DNA of 64,000 nucleotides from a bacterium (lineage in GTDB: Bacteria > Bacteroidota > Ignavibacteria > UBA10030), in NCBI GenBank assembly GCA_043803945.1, contig JAZDJN010000035.1, forward strand, positions 58,324 through 122,323. The letters run 5' to 3'. Every line of letters begins with the position of its first letter. Within the stretch, counting starts at the first letter, position 1. This document shows positions 50,077 through 60,508 of this stretch, one piece after another. Under the pieces are notes generated by a model. It was not told the origin of the DNA. It did not search any database and worked only from the letters and a program-made list of their open reading frames with translations. Made by a program: the position numbers and the translations under genes.

Positions 50077-50487
50077 TCATTGTTGGAATATTACTATCTG
50101 TCGCTCATCACCTTGACGGGCAACGACATACTTGCGGCCGGTCATTCTCTTCATCAATGATACATCTGCTGCTGTTGGCCTGTGATATATCGTTCGATAA
50201 TCGTCCGAGTAGTCCCCAGAGTGCCGAAACGGAATATCCAATTTCAGCAACAAGGATAGGACTGCATATCGCTCTGGAATATCAGCAAGAGGATACTGCT
50301 GGACCCACAACTTCCTGAACAAATCGAACAATTCACCAAACCATGGCGACGGTTTCTTTAGTTCTGAATTATCTGCCATAATCTGTGAATGTGCCTTTCG
50401 CAATAACTTCTCGAAATCGCTTTCTACTGCTGCCACATCATCCATGATGATAATCCTCCAATCCAACAAATTTGCGGTATACGTCAT
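50077..50487 (-). CDS. Hypothetical phage protein
   Basis: 136-aa ORF (likely start MDDV near 50445), operonic. Confidence 0.55.
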   Translation of the reverse strand: MTYTANLLDWRIIIMDDVAAVESDFEKLLRKAHSQIMADNSELKKPSPWFGELFDLFRKLWVQQYPLADIPERYAVLSLLLKLDIPFRHSGDYSDDYRTIYHRPTAADVSLMKRMTGRKYVVARQGDERQIVIFQQ

Positions 50488-50737
50488 TCACAACTCGACG
50501 ACTGTTGGCATCTATAATGTCGCATATATATCCGCCTCCATGCGCCTTCTCTATCGCAATAGTGGACACCCTGCGGATAGCACCACCATCGAGTTTCTCG
50601 AAATACAGTATTCGATCATGCTTGAGCAATAGCCAGTGACCACCCTTAAACACCGACACCAACGGTCGATCAAGATTGTTTTTGATTCTGCGAACTGTCC
50701 GATTCTTGAGTACAAATGTTTTAAACGATTCCTTCAT
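50438..50737 (-). CDS. Hypothetical phage protein
   Basis: 99 aa; AAGGAG RBS. Confidence 0.55.
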   Translation of the reverse strand: MKESFKTFVLKNRTVRRIKNNLDRPLVSVFKGGHWLLLKHDRILYFEKLDGGAIRRVSTIAIEKAHGGGYICDIIDANSRRVVNDVYRKFVGLEDYHHG

Positions 50738-50751
50738 CTATTCTCCTTTCC

Positions 50752-53700
50752 TTAAAAACAAAGCTGATATTGTTCAACGACCTTCGATCCTGATCGGACC
50801 GATGGGAATGGTATTGCTTCTACTCCCTCAATTTCGGGATCTGCTGCAATCCTTCGAGCTATATTGACGTGATAATCCTCTATCAGCTTTTGCTCTACAT
50901 CGTCTTCATCCAGCAGCCCTTCAGTCCCCATCTTATGCGATTTGATGATCTCACGTGCCATCTTGTAGAAATCTACCTGCACCTCTTCCTGATCGATGAG
51001 CTTACCATCCAAGGCCAAATCGCTGGACTGACCCTTCAAATCTATAATCTCAAACAGTTGTTTCTGGTCAATTCCACCATCCGTGTAAAGCATAAACACG
51101 TCAATGTCCTCTTTCGACGTGAACCGGTGCACCCTGTCGATAGCCTGTCTGGTCGTGCTGTGGTCCCACTCGTAATCCGTCATTATCACTGCTGACGCAT
51201 TGTCCAAATTATGTCCAAGATTCACAGCCTGTATGCCAGCCACCAACACGCTAAAATTCTTTTTCTTGAAATCTGCAATTAGCATGCTGCGCTTAACTGG
51301 TATCGTATCAGCGTTCGCTACTTCAGATCGAATTCCATACCGTGTAAGCAACTGCTTGATGAAGTTCATATTATCCTGCAGTGCACTAAAAACTACAACC
51401 TGCTTCCCTCGGTCAACGTATTCTTTGACCTTCGTGAGGACAAACATCGCTTTCTCTGTGTAAGGGGATTTACCTGCTTCCCCAAGAAAGAACTCGTGCT
51501 CTTTACCCGGCGCCGGCTTCCCTTGCAATAGCCGGGAGTTTGGAATGGTTGCCGTCAATCTCAGTTTCCACAATAGCCCCAGAATCATCTCTTTCATCTT
51601 AACTGCATCATCTTCCATCTCAGTGTGATGCGAAGCTTTGAACCATTCCGAAAAATTCTTAATCCACCAATCATATACCCGCTTCTGGTCTTTGGTGAAT
51701 CCGACTTTGATTCGATGGACATTTTTCTTCACCAACGTTTCACCGCAATCAATCTTCAACCTTCTGACGATCGACGGGGCAAACATTTTCCAGAGCAAAG
51801 GCAGGTTGCCAATCTCAGGAAGCAGCTTCTTCCGGCCTTTCGACAAGCTCTTTCTAAATTCTTCTGCCACATATTCAAAGACGCCAAAATCATCTAAGAA
51901 TTTTTCCGTCCCGCCAACATACCGATACGGAAACCTTGGGCTCCCATCACCAAGCGTCCAATGCAACAACCAGAACGCATCAGTAATCCAGCCCTTGATT
52001 GGTGAGCCTGATAATAATAGCCTGTTCTTGGCATGCAGCGACCTCACCGCTATACCCTGCATGCTGTGTTTCGATTTGATCTTTACCCCTTCATCGACAA
52101 TCACAGTGTCAAAGGCATGTTTGAGGTAGGAGAACATTCCCTTCACCCTGCGTAGCCAACAATGGTATCCGCACTTCTTACAGGATCTTCCGTTCCACCC
52201 ATCGTATCGCATTGCCTTGCAGCGTGGACAGAGAGCGTTCCACTTCTCGTCGTAATCATCCTCAACCTGGATTGCTTTGCCAAACTCAGGAACCAGCTCA
52301 TCCAGCCTGCGCGATCCCTTGAGCAGTTCATAATGGATTATCCAGTACCCAGATTTGGCGTTCTTGATTCGTTTCACATCACCGTAGCCACGAATTTCCT
52401 CCAGATGAATTCCAAGCGACTTGGCTTCCTCAATCCACTGGTATTTCAAATCCTGCGGACACACCACAAGAGCTTTCTTCGCATTCCTGACCTTTGACCA
52501 TGCCAGCGATCCTCTACACTTTCCTAAACCCTGCTCCCAGGCCAATACACAGGATTCTTTCATGCAAAGCCGTGACAAATCTTCTATCTGAAATTCCAAC
52601 AACGTGAACTTCTCGAATTCTTCCGACTCCAAACGCTTACGAATCCTCTGATACAATTTCGGTTTCTTCGACTTCACGTCAAGAGGATCCGGAACATCGA
52701 AATGATTGATCATCAACGAGATATCTTCTTGCGACTCAGAGAAATAACACCCACCGATGTCAACCAGCAACGCCTTCTTCGTCTTAATCATTTCAGTCTT
52801 TAACCCGTTTGCGCCGCGTTCTTTTACGTAGTGGACCTGAACGTCTGTCGAAGAAACATTCACATCGTATTCTGCTCCAGACTCAAACTGGAAATTTCCA
52901 TTCTTGCCTCTATGCACAAAACTACGTGTGCATTTTATCTTGTCGATCAGCTCCAAATATCCTAGCCGCTGTTGTGGCCTCAACGGATACATCGGAGTCA
53001 AAATGAATTCTGCATCTGCTACCGCCTTGTTTATGGCTTCCAATGCCCCATGCGACATTGTTACCAGTGTCTTATCCTGAACCATCGCAAGCAGGTCACG
53101 TCTATCCTGCGTGTTGAATGCGAAATACGATGGAGCCAGTCCATGCATCGATTTCAGTATCGATCGCTCTCTTTGAGAGTATTCCTTCTGGAGAATGTAT
53201 TCCAAATAGTTCGACAGGTGAACGGTCAACCGCCCACCGTTAAACTCGATGTTGAATTTCTGCTGTTTCTTCTTCTTGCGTTCTGCGTATTCTGCATGGG
53301 CAGCTCTGAACCGCTTGTCGTTTTCCTCTATCGCTTCCTTAGTCTCGTATGAGGATGTCCACAGTCTATGGAACTGCCTAGCCTTGATAACAGCACTCTG
53401 AATCAGACCGAGTCGATAATCCACATCTACAGCGTTCATATCGACATCCAAATCATGTTCACTAGCGTCAGCGTAGACTTTCTTCTTTGCAAAGAAACAT
53501 AGAACAGTCTCTACTTTGGAATGTGGAAGGAAGGCATTTCGAATTGTCGCTGCCATATACACCCGGTCATTGATCTCGTCAACCTTTGACAAGGAATTTT
53601 GCCAGGAAGTCTTCTGAACAAGAAATGCCCCATGACCATTGCTGGCCAGCAGGTTAATTCCCATCAGTATCGTTGCTTCCTGAGACTCTATAGACTTGTC

Positions 53701-54120
53701 ATCTGATCCTGTCAATTCTGGCGACTTCCAGAACAGGCTGAACGGAGGATTCAAGACAACAACATTGGGCCGGAAATCAACGCTCAATAGAAATGGATAC
53801 AACTCAGGCAGATTTGCGTTCACAATCCGCATCTGTTCGGTAGGCTTCGGTATATTACCCTTGTCGAGCTCAATACCAAGTGTCACTGTCTCCGGATCGC
53901 CGTCGTCGACAAATGGCTGTAACAGGTTGCCATTACCTGCTGTCAAATCAATGACACATCCAGTGGAGAAGGACAACGAATTAAAGATGCATTCCGCTAT
54001 CTTCAATGGTGTGAAATACTGCTGCAATCCTTTCTGGTGAGAATTGCGGCTGACGAATATTGATTCGTCTTGCTCGAGAAGCTCCGCCGTAACGGTAGAC
54101 CTTTTCATCTTAACGGGCAT
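50752..54120 (-). CDS. N6-adenine DNA methyltransferase fused to a SNF2-family helicase
   Basis: QQYFTP, IDLTAGNGNLL and LNPPFS; then AWEQGLGK, VIVDEG, LSGSPI and QAIDRVHR; CPRC..CKKC insert. Confidence 0.85.
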   Translation of the reverse strand: MPVKMKRSTVTAELLEQDESIFVSRNSHQKGLQQYFTPLKIAECIFNSLSFSTGCVIDLTAGNGNLLQPFVDDGDPETVTLGIELDKGNIPKPTEQMRIVNANLPELYPFLLSVDFRPNVVVLNPPFSLFWKSPELTGSDDKSIESQEATILMGINLLASNGHGAFLVQKTSWQNSLSKVDEINDRVYMAATIRNAFLPHSKVETVLCFFAKKKVYADASEHDLDVDMNAVDVDYRLGLIQSAVIKARQFHRLWTSSYETKEAIEENDKRFRAAHAEYAERKKKKQQKFNIEFNGGRLTVHLSNYLEYILQKEYSQRERSILKSMHGLAPSYFAFNTQDRRDLLAMVQDKTLVTMSHGALEAINKAVADAEFILTPMYPLRPQQRLGYLELIDKIKCTRSFVHRGKNGNFQFESGAEYDVNVSSTDVQVHYVKERGANGLKTEMIKTKKALLVDIGGCYFSESQEDISLMINHFDVPDPLDVKSKKPKLYQRIRKRLESEEFEKFTLLEFQIEDLSRLCMKESCVLAWEQGLGKCRGSLAWSKVRNAKKALVVCPQDLKYQWIEEAKSLGIHLEEIRGYGDVKRIKNAKSGYWIIHYELLKGSRRLDELVPEFGKAIQVEDDYDEKWNALCPRCKAMRYDGWNGRSCKKCGYHCWLRRVKGMFSYLKHAFDTVIVDEGVKIKSKHSMQGIAVRSLHAKNRLLLSGSPIKGWITDAFWLLHWTLGDGSPRFPYRYVGGTEKFLDDFGVFEYVAEEFRKSLSKGRKKLLPEIGNLPLLWKMFAPSIVRRLKIDCGETLVKKNVHRIKVGFTKDQKRVYDWWIKNFSEWFKASHHTEMEDDAVKMKEMILGLLWKLRLTATIPNSRLLQGKPAPGKEHEFFLGEAGKSPYTEKAMFVLTKVKEYVDRGKQVVVFSALQDNMNFIKQLLTRYGIRSEVANADTIPVKRSMLIADFKKKNFSVLVAGIQAVNLGHNLDNASAVIMTDYEWDHSTTRQAIDRVHRFTSKEDIDVFMLYTDGGIDQKQLFEIIDLKGQSSDLALDGKLIDQEEVQVDFYKMAREIIKSHKMGTEGLLDEDDVEQKLIEDYHVNIARRIAADPEIEGVEAIPFPSVRSGSKVVEQYQLCF

Positions 54121-54237
54121 GGCCACCGCCTTCCTCGAGCAGGCAAACAAGACGTCCCATCGTATTGCTTGCAGAGAGTATTCTATGCTGAACCATTCTC
54201 TTCCTCATATAGCTTGTTGAACTTTCATGGCAAAAAA

Positions 54238-54453
54238 TTACTGTTGAACCTTCTTCAATCGAACCAGGCGAGTGTTATGCAAGCCGCGACGAACCACAAT
54301 TCCTTCACCAACTTCGCAAGTAGGTGTAACCACGAATGAATCGACAGACCGACCACGATGATCTGTCAGTCCCGTCATTACTGTGACACCACCATTCGGT
54401 GTCGAGATGAAAATCTTCTCTTTCCCTTTCAGTATAATTTGTTCACGCTCCAT
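54238..54453 (-). CDS. Hypothetical protein
   Basis: About 71-75-aa ORF on the operon strand. Confidence 0.45.
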   Translation of the reverse strand: MEREQIILKGKEKIFISTPNGGVTVMTGLTDHRGRSVDSFVVTPTCEVGEGIVVRRGLHNTRLVRLKKVQQ

Positions 54454-54557
54454 AATGTTTCTCACTTATTATTTTTGATGGAATAAATATATCCTTGTTG
54501 AATAGTGAAGAAAGAGGTTTTTATTAGCCACTGGGATCGTTTATAGACAACGATTGA

Positions 54558-55016
54558 CTAATGGCGAATGGAATTAGTTGTGTCATGCTCTATGACAACT
54601 GTTCTCACATTTTGTTTGAACTGACATTTCGTGCAAGCGACGAACTTTCCATAAGCGCTTCGCTTGACATGCAGCAGCCCGCCGCATTCACAATACCTGA
54701 CGGCATTTCCCTCTTCAATAATCTGGCGAATCCTAAGACCAAGATTTGTCCTCCATCTGAAATCCCTTGGTACCCTGAACCAGGTCATCAACCGTTCGCT
54801 GATTCCGTGAAGCATGCAGACGCGAATGAATTCCTCTCGGTAGTTCTCCATTCTGGGGATGGTGCTATACACCCGAATGGTTACTAGCGTAAGTTTTTTG
54901 TCGTAGGCAAATTCTTTCGATACAAACGCATTCAATATGAACGAATCACCAAGCGCTTCCTCGATCTCTTGCCGTCGAATACATTGTAGGTCTCCCATCC
55001 AATTTACTTCTCCCAA
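54558..55016 (-). CDS. Hypothetical protein with C-terminal C4 zinc ribbon
   Basis: CECGGLL..KRSAYGKFVACTKC, topoisomerase-type Zn ribbon. Confidence 0.6.
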   Translation of the reverse strand: MGEVNWMGDLQCIRRQEIEEALGDSFILNAFVSKEFAYDKKLTLVTIRVYSTIPRMENYREEFIRVCMLHGISERLMTWFRVPRDFRWRTNLGLRIRQIIEEGNAVRYCECGGLLHVKRSAYGKFVACTKCQFKQNVRTVVIEHDTTNSIRH

Positions 55017-55474
55017 TGTTCAATGAAACAGAATGCCTCAGCTATTGCCCCATACGACTCTAAATGAGATACTTTGTAGCCAATCTCCATCAATGCCGAT
55101 GCCTCTTTTGTATAAGACATCTTCCGTGGCAACCATACCCTGTTAATCATTATCCTGAGCCTTTTCGCTTCTTCAGGGAAATACTTGAGAAACCTTTTCA
55201 ATTTTGTTAACGACTGCCGGTCAAGGTAGCCCTTGACTTCGACATACACGCCCTCTTCCGGCAAATAGAAGTCCGGTTTGTAAAATCTAATACCTCTCTT
55301 CAATCCTACAAACTCAAATTCTTTCGGTTCATACCTGAACTTTATCTTTCTGAATCTATAGTATCGAACTACGTTTGCTTCCCACGTCGAGCGGACATAG
55401 AACCCAATGTCATCCCGCTTACCACCTGAACCAATCCCGCCTCGTCTGACCAATCGCTGCGAGCTTCCTATCAT
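55004..55474 (-). CDS. PD-(D/E)XK endonuclease
   Basis: RSTWEAN...YEP...YKPDFYL...YVEVKGY. Confidence 0.8.
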   Translation of the reverse strand: MIGSSQRLVRRGGIGSGGKRDDIGFYVRSTWEANVVRYYRFRKIKFRYEPKEFEFVGLKRGIRFYKPDFYLPEEGVYVEVKGYLDRQSLTKLKRFLKYFPEEAKRLRIMINRVWLPRKMSYTKEASALMEIGYKVSHLESYGAIAEAFCFIEHWEK

Positions 55475-55956
55475 TTATTAGAGCCTTTCATAATCTTCCT
55501 CGCATAGTTGTTCACAGGGTCCTTGCCCAGCTTCAAATCAGTTCGCACATTCCCAATACCACGATTATAGCTGGTTAAGGCCAACATCAGGTTTCCCTTA
55601 AAATACTTCCTCAACTGAGCCAGATACTTAATCCCGCATTCCACATTCAAAAACGGGTCTTTAAGTGTCTCACCGGTGAGACACTTTTTCCCCAAAACGT
55701 CTTTGGCTGTCGATAACATTACCTGCATCAGGCCAACCGCCCCTTCTGAGCTTGTGGTTTCGGCATTCCACATGCTTTCTATGTCGATCATCTTATGAAT
55801 GATGGACAAATCGAACTCGTAGTGCCTTGCACGACTAGCGATGAACAGACACAATTGATCTTCACTCGATAGCGCATTCAGATGCAGCGTCTGATCTGCT
55901 GGCGACACCGCTGAGGTGAGCAATAATAGAGATAGAACGATAACGACTGGCTTCAT
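55471..55956 (-). CDS. Lytic transglycosylase (SLT domain) with signal peptide
   Basis: IESMWN...S..GAVGLMQVM, NVECGIKYL and ALTSYNRG. Confidence 0.9.
   Translation of the reverse strand: MKPVVIVLSLLLLTSAVSPADQTLHLNALSSEDQLCLFIASRARHYEFDLSIIHKMIDIESMWNAETTSSEGAVGLMQVMLSTAKDVLGKKCLTGETLKDPFLNVECGIKYLAQLRKYFKGNLMLALTSYNRGIGNVRTDLKLGKDPVNNYARKIMKGSNK
55666..55683. promoter_or_regulatory. parS-like palindrome, copy 4 (inside the SLT gene)
   Basis: TGTCTCACCGGTGAGACA; perfect palindrome extends to 24 bp (55663-55686). Confidence 0.75.
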
Positions 55957-55971
55957 GACAATTCTCCCTGA

Positions 55972-58893
55972 TTAATTTTCAACGACAGCTAATTCTATCG
56001 GCACAGTGACCTCTTGGCCACTGTACTTGTCTAATACCATCTCCTGCAAAAACCTTGAAGGCGCTAATTTCTTGTTGAATCGAACGAGATAGTATGACAC
56101 GTATACCCTGTCGATTGCCCTGGTAACGGCTACATAACACAGACGTCTTTCCTCCTGAATATCCTCTGCCCTGGCGTGAGGCAATACACCCTCGGATACT
56201 CCAGCAACAAAGACGATCGGGGATTCCAACCCCTTTGAGCGATGAATCGTCATTATCCTGACTGCATCATAGTCATCCTTGCTGCTCTGAGCTGCAATCA
56301 GATTCTTCACAAAGTCCAAATACTCTTGAATATCAGTAAACGCCTCAGCACTGGACTGCAACTCATTCAACATCTCGATTCTGTTCGAGGCGTCAACTTC
56401 ATTCTTCTTCAACCAATCATCGTAACCGAACATTTTGCGAATCATGGAAATCGCCTTGCCCGGATTTGCCCCAGAACAAGAGCCGCGTATCAGTTTCAAT
56501 TCAGCTGCGAATGTCGAGGCACTTTTATTCATATACGGCTTCGGGAATCCACCATAGCTTAATGTCTGAATGAATGATGCGCCGCCTCTGGACTTGTACT
56601 CGAAACTTTCCAGGAACACCTTGCCCAGAAATCGATTCGGTTTGTTATATACCCGCCTGAATCCTTCAATGCTGTCTCCGGTAATCAAGGACAGGTAGGC
56701 AACCATATCCTTGACGTTGGCGCTTTCGTAGAACGTGCCATCTAACGCTCGATAAGGAATCTTGTTCTTCACGAACGCTTCTTCGAATGGACGGGACTGT
56801 GCATTCGTCCGCGTCAATACGATGATATCTCCATACTTCGCACCATCCGTGTACAAGGCCTTTATCTCATCTGTGATAGCATACGCCTCAGCATTGTCTT
56901 CCATGAAACTTCCAGTAAAGGATATCTTGCCTTCCCCGCGCGTAGACTGTGTTCGCTGGAACGGATACTGAGCATTGGCAATCAAGTCGTTACCCATCTC
57001 GACAATATTCGATGCACTCCGATAGTTATGAAGCAACTCAATCAGCTCCGCTTTTGGGAAGTGTTTCTGGAATTCAAGCGATAAGGTGACATCAGCTCCC
57101 CGAAATCCAAAGACCGCCTGGCGCGGATCACCGACGACAAATAAATTCTTATGCTTCGATTGCAGCATCTCGATCAGCTTGAACTGAACACGATTCGTGT
57201 CCTGAAACTCATCGACTAATAGGAACTTGAACTTCTCGGCATAGGTGTTCAGTATGTTGACCTTATCGCGCATAAGAAAATATGTCTGCCACAACATATC
57301 ATCAAAACCGATATAACGGTGATCCTCTCTCAACACTTCATACGTCTTGAAGAAATCAACAAACCAGCCGATAATGCCAAGTGCCGATAACAATTCATCC
57401 ATCAGCCCTGACTCAATATCATCTACCGACAAAGCCTGGTTCTTCACCCATGAAATCCCCCTAGCCGCATTGGCGATATTCACCAAACTATCTTCAGGCA
57501 AACCACACATCTTCAATGCTTCCTGAATCAGTTTCCGCTGTTCGTAGTCCTGCATGATCTCATACTTATGCATGTGAGGTTTCCAAAACTGGATATTCGC
57601 TCTCAGGATCTTGTTCAACTGACTGTGCATCGTCCCGATATTCAGGCATTCCGTCTGTGCGTCACCAATCCCCACGAGTAGACGTTTCTTCATTTCGTCT
57701 GCTGCCGCATTGGTGAAGGTGAATGCTAATATCGATTCAGGTGACTCCCCGCGCTCAACCAGTTTCTTGATTCGTTCGGTTGTGCACCGCGTATTGTGGG
57801 TGACTGTAAAATCTCCCAACAGAAACCGTCCGTCACCCGATAACTCGAATCCGAAATACTCACCGTACCCGATAGGTTCTACTACAAAACCTATCCGTAG
57901 CACATCTTTTACTTGCAAACGCACCCGAGGTTTTTTCCGTTCGATTCGGCATGGCAACTCCATAAAATCACCTGAGATTCCAATCCTCCAGTACAATCCG
58001 ATAAATCCAGTCGATTTTATAGTTGACACCTTTGGACGAGCATGGACATAATAGCCTAAGCTTCGAGCAAGGAACACAATGTCGTCCTTTAGCTCTGTTC
58101 GTTTGGTCGCAATTTCATAGTAACCATTATTATAGTAACCATCTGAATCTATGAGCCCCGCAAGCAATCTCAAGCGCATACTTCGGCTATTCAACAAATA
58201 CGATCGGGGAATTCGCTTGATGCCTTTAACTACAAATTTCCGTATTTCCGCCTTGAAAACATTCGGCACGGATCTGTGATGCCAGGCCAACGATATCCTC
58301 ATCACATTCATGCGACGCTTGTCATACGTTGTCTTGCATGGAAGCCGATTCAACTGAGCAAATCGAAAAAGTACATATTCTATCTCACGATCTTCAGTGG
58401 TGAAACATGGATTGAGCGTATCCCCATCCCCAAGCCACAATCCCATGATGTAGGGATCGACATCCACATCCTGCTCAGGGAAATCAATACCTATTCGAAA
58501 TAGCTTGTGCTGTTTCTCAAACATTGTCTTCCCGTTACAATTGTGTGTACGCTTCAAATACTCGTTCAGGGGAATGTCAACCCACCCTCCGTGCTTCTTT
58601 GCCAAGGTAAGGATATGCGACTCATTGCATACCCACGGAACACCTTTGGTCGGAACGATTCGATACATGCGATCTATGCCGTTAGTTACCGAAAGTACGA
58701 CTCGTGGTCTCGAATCCGGTCCCATCAGGGAATCACCCGGGCGTATGTCTTGAACAACTTTCGTGAAACCATCAAACATCAATACTGGCGTGTCCTTTCC
58801 AAGACACTTTCCACTGCCTGCAGCAGCAATAACAATCACTTGCCCTTTGTAAAAATCTACGGCCCTCTGTTGGTTCTCGTCTAAGTGCATCAA
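55972..58893 (-). CDS. UvrD/PcrA-family helicase containing an intein
   Basis: AAAGSGK|T, FTFTNAAA, VDEFQDTN, VGDPRQA, NYRS, TIHRSKGLE and EERRLCYVAVTRA. Confidence 0.93.
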   Translation of the reverse strand: MMHLDENQQRAVDFYKGQVIVIAAAGSGKCLGKDTPVLMFDGFTKVVQDIRPGDSLMGPDSRPRVVLSVTNGIDRMYRIVPTKGVPWVCNESHILTLAKKHGGWVDIPLNEYLKRTHNCNGKTMFEKQHKLFRIGIDFPEQDVDVDPYIMGLWLGDGDTLNPCFTTEDREIEYVLFRFAQLNRLPCKTTYDKRRMNVMRISLAWHHRSVPNVFKAEIRKFVVKGIKRIPRSYLLNSRSMRLRLLAGLIDSDGYYNNGYYEIATKRTELKDDIVFLARSLGYYVHARPKVSTIKSTGFIGLYWRIGISGDFMELPCRIERKKPRVRLQVKDVLRIGFVVEPIGYGEYFGFELSGDGRFLLGDFTVTHNTRCTTERIKKLVERGESPESILAFTFTNAAADEMKKRLLVGIGDAQTECLNIGTMHSQLNKILRANIQFWKPHMHKYEIMQDYEQRKLIQEALKMCGLPEDSLVNIANAARGISWVKNQALSVDDIESGLMDELLSALGIIGWFVDFFKTYEVLREDHRYIGFDDMLWQTYFLMRDKVNILNTYAEKFKFLLVDEFQDTNRVQFKLIEMLQSKHKNLFVVGDPRQAVFGFRGADVTLSLEFQKHFPKAELIELLHNYRSASNIVEMGNDLIANAQYPFQRTQSTRGEGKISFTGSFMEDNAEAYAITDEIKALYTDGAKYGDIIVLTRTNAQSRPFEEAFVKNKIPYRALDGTFYESANVKDMVAYLSLITGDSIEGFRRVYNKPNRFLGKVFLESFEYKSRGGASFIQTLSYGGFPKPYMNKSASTFAAELKLIRGSCSGANPGKAISMIRKMFGYDDWLKKNEVDASNRIEMLNELQSSAEAFTDIQEYLDFVKNLIAAQSSKDDYDAVRIMTIHRSKGLESPIVFVAGVSEGVLPHARAEDIQEERRLCYVAVTRAIDRVYVSYYLVRFNKKLAPSRFLQEMVLDKYSGQEVTVPIELAVVEN
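57793..58806 (-). mobile_element. Intein (338 aa) with LAGLIDADG homing endonuclease, inserted in Walker A
   Basis: Starts CLGKDTPV and ends FTVTHN before Thr+1; block B CNESHIL; GLWLGDG and LAGLIDSDG motifs. Confidence 0.93.
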
Positions 58894-58908
58894 GCACTCC
58901 TTTCCTTG

Positions 58909-59760
58909 TTAAAAGAAGGGTTCGTTTCTCATTTGAATGTACCGTGTGTTCCTTCTTTGCAGCCTTGCCCAAATCCGTTTCCCACACCTGCCTTCTATTG
59001 ACATCGTGTCTACTCCCTGACCGGCTCGCTTCCGGATGTTCATGACATTCGTGGCAAATATTACTTTCTTATCCATCTCTGCGAGTTCTTCAAGAAGTGC
59101 ATACACCCTTTCATATATCCACGACTTCTCCATAAAATCGAAGAACGAAAACTCATCCCACATGACGACTTCTGCCAGCTTAAAAACATTCATCACGCGA
59201 GATTCATCGTTCGTTTCCCAGCTCTCCTTGATCTGCTTAAAGAAAAGAGACTCGTTGATATACAACGTGGGAATCAATCCGCCATTCTGACGATTGCTCG
59301 CTGCCGCTAACAACTTTGACTTTCCGGTATTATTATCACCATACAGGCAAAGCCACGTTCTATCGTTTGCAGGATCTATATTGGATAGTTCGTCGAAGGC
59401 TTCTTCTGCACCGCGAACCCTCGTCAAATCGGCAAACTTTACCGTCGCATGTTCTTTCGGCAAACCGGCCTGAGTATGAAGTGCTAATATTCTAGCGCGT
59501 CGTTTCTCCTTCACTTCGTTCGCTTTAGTCTCTTGCTCGATCCTGAGATCCTTGGCTTCACACGCCTTGCAGATCCCCTGCCGCCACTGCTCTCCTGACG
59601 AACCAAACATCTGATTCACAGTCGGAAGCCAATTATCGTTGACAAAGCCGCAGACTTCACACTTCCACCCTTCGGTCGGTTTGTTATCCCAATCTACTAC
59701 AGAAGCAACGTCGCTTATCGCTCTAATTGTATCCTTCATTTGTCCTCTTGCTTCCGTCAT
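58909..59760 (-). CDS. DnaC/IstB-like helicase-loader ATPase
   Basis: CEVC..CKAC Zn site, AGLP...F, Walker A GDNNTGKS, VMWDE, IFATN and RIWARL; start 59760 or 59739. Confidence 0.8.
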   Translation of the reverse strand: MTEARGQMKDTIRAISDVASVVDWDNKPTEGWKCEVCGFVNDNWLPTVNQMFGSSGEQWRQGICKACEAKDLRIEQETKANEVKEKRRARILALHTQAGLPKEHATVKFADLTRVRGAEEAFDELSNIDPANDRTWLCLYGDNNTGKSKLLAAASNRQNGGLIPTLYINESLFFKQIKESWETNDESRVMNVFKLAEVVMWDEFSFFDFMEKSWIYERVYALLEELAEMDKKVIFATNVMNIRKRAGQGVDTMSIEGRCGKRIWARLQRRNTRYIQMRNEPFF

Positions 59761-60508
59761 TCGCGCCTCTGCTCGTAGCAACCGATTGATTCTGCAGAAC
59801 AATTTTCAGGTAGTTGTGATTCTTCAAAGAGTGCATTTTCCTGGCGACCATATAGTCTATCGCACCGATAAATCGCTCTCTGGTGAATGCGAAATCTACC
59901 CCTTTGGATTTTGCTCTGTTCGATGAATACATGTCTAACAGGCTGGTGACGATTGCCATATGCTTCAATGTCGCTAGCTTCATATCCATCTCGATCTGCC
60001 TCTTCGACCTGAACATGCTGATGTAAGAAATCATCTTACCGCGATCTTCACCAAACTTTGCATACGTAATCCTCAACCGTTCGCGAAGTTCTTCTTCGTC
60101 TACCTTCTTGACGAATGTGGCAACATCCTGGATTCTTGATATTGCTCTCGCCAAGTCCGGTTCCTGTATCTCCTTCCTGATAACACCAACAACTTGAGCA
60201 AAATCGTCGTCGGTGTAAGACGTGCCGTAAAAGTATTGATTGGAAAATGGTATAAGCAGCAATCCACCCTCTGCGATTTCAACTAAACCGGATTCAATCA
60301 GCTCAGACATCGATTCTTCAAAAATAGGCTCGTCGATTGCCAGTCGTTCTCGAATCTCCGCTTTGGAGATAATGTGTCCATTGACTAAAACACCCTTCAC
60401 TGCCATATCGTTAGAGATGACCAACAACTTTACAAACAACCCAAGCGAGTGTTCCGTCAGTCCAAGTATGATTTGATTTGTCGGGAGCTTAATATTTTCA
60501 GATTTCAT
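59723..60508 (-). CDS. Putative phage replication initiator
   Basis: wHTH-like N-terminus (EIRERLAI...ELIESGLVE); directly upstream of the DnaC-like gene; called by position. Confidence 0.5.
   Translation of the reverse strand: MKSENIKLPTNQIILGLTEHSLGLFVKLLVISNDMAVKGVLVNGHIISKAEIRERLAIDEPIFEESMSELIESGLVEIAEGGLLLIPFSNQYFYGTSYTDDDFAQVVGVIRKEIQEPDLARAISRIQDVATFVKKVDEEELRERLRITYAKFGEDRGKMISYISMFRSKRQIEMDMKLATLKHMAIVTSLLDMYSSNRAKSKGVDFAFTRERFIGAIDYMVARKMHSLKNHNYLKIVLQNQSVATSRGANDGSKRTNEGYN

Noticed and set aside
58909-59802. IstB of a second IS21 element
   Set aside because: No istA or IS ends; the Zn-binding N-terminus and position after an initiator fit a phage helicase loader.
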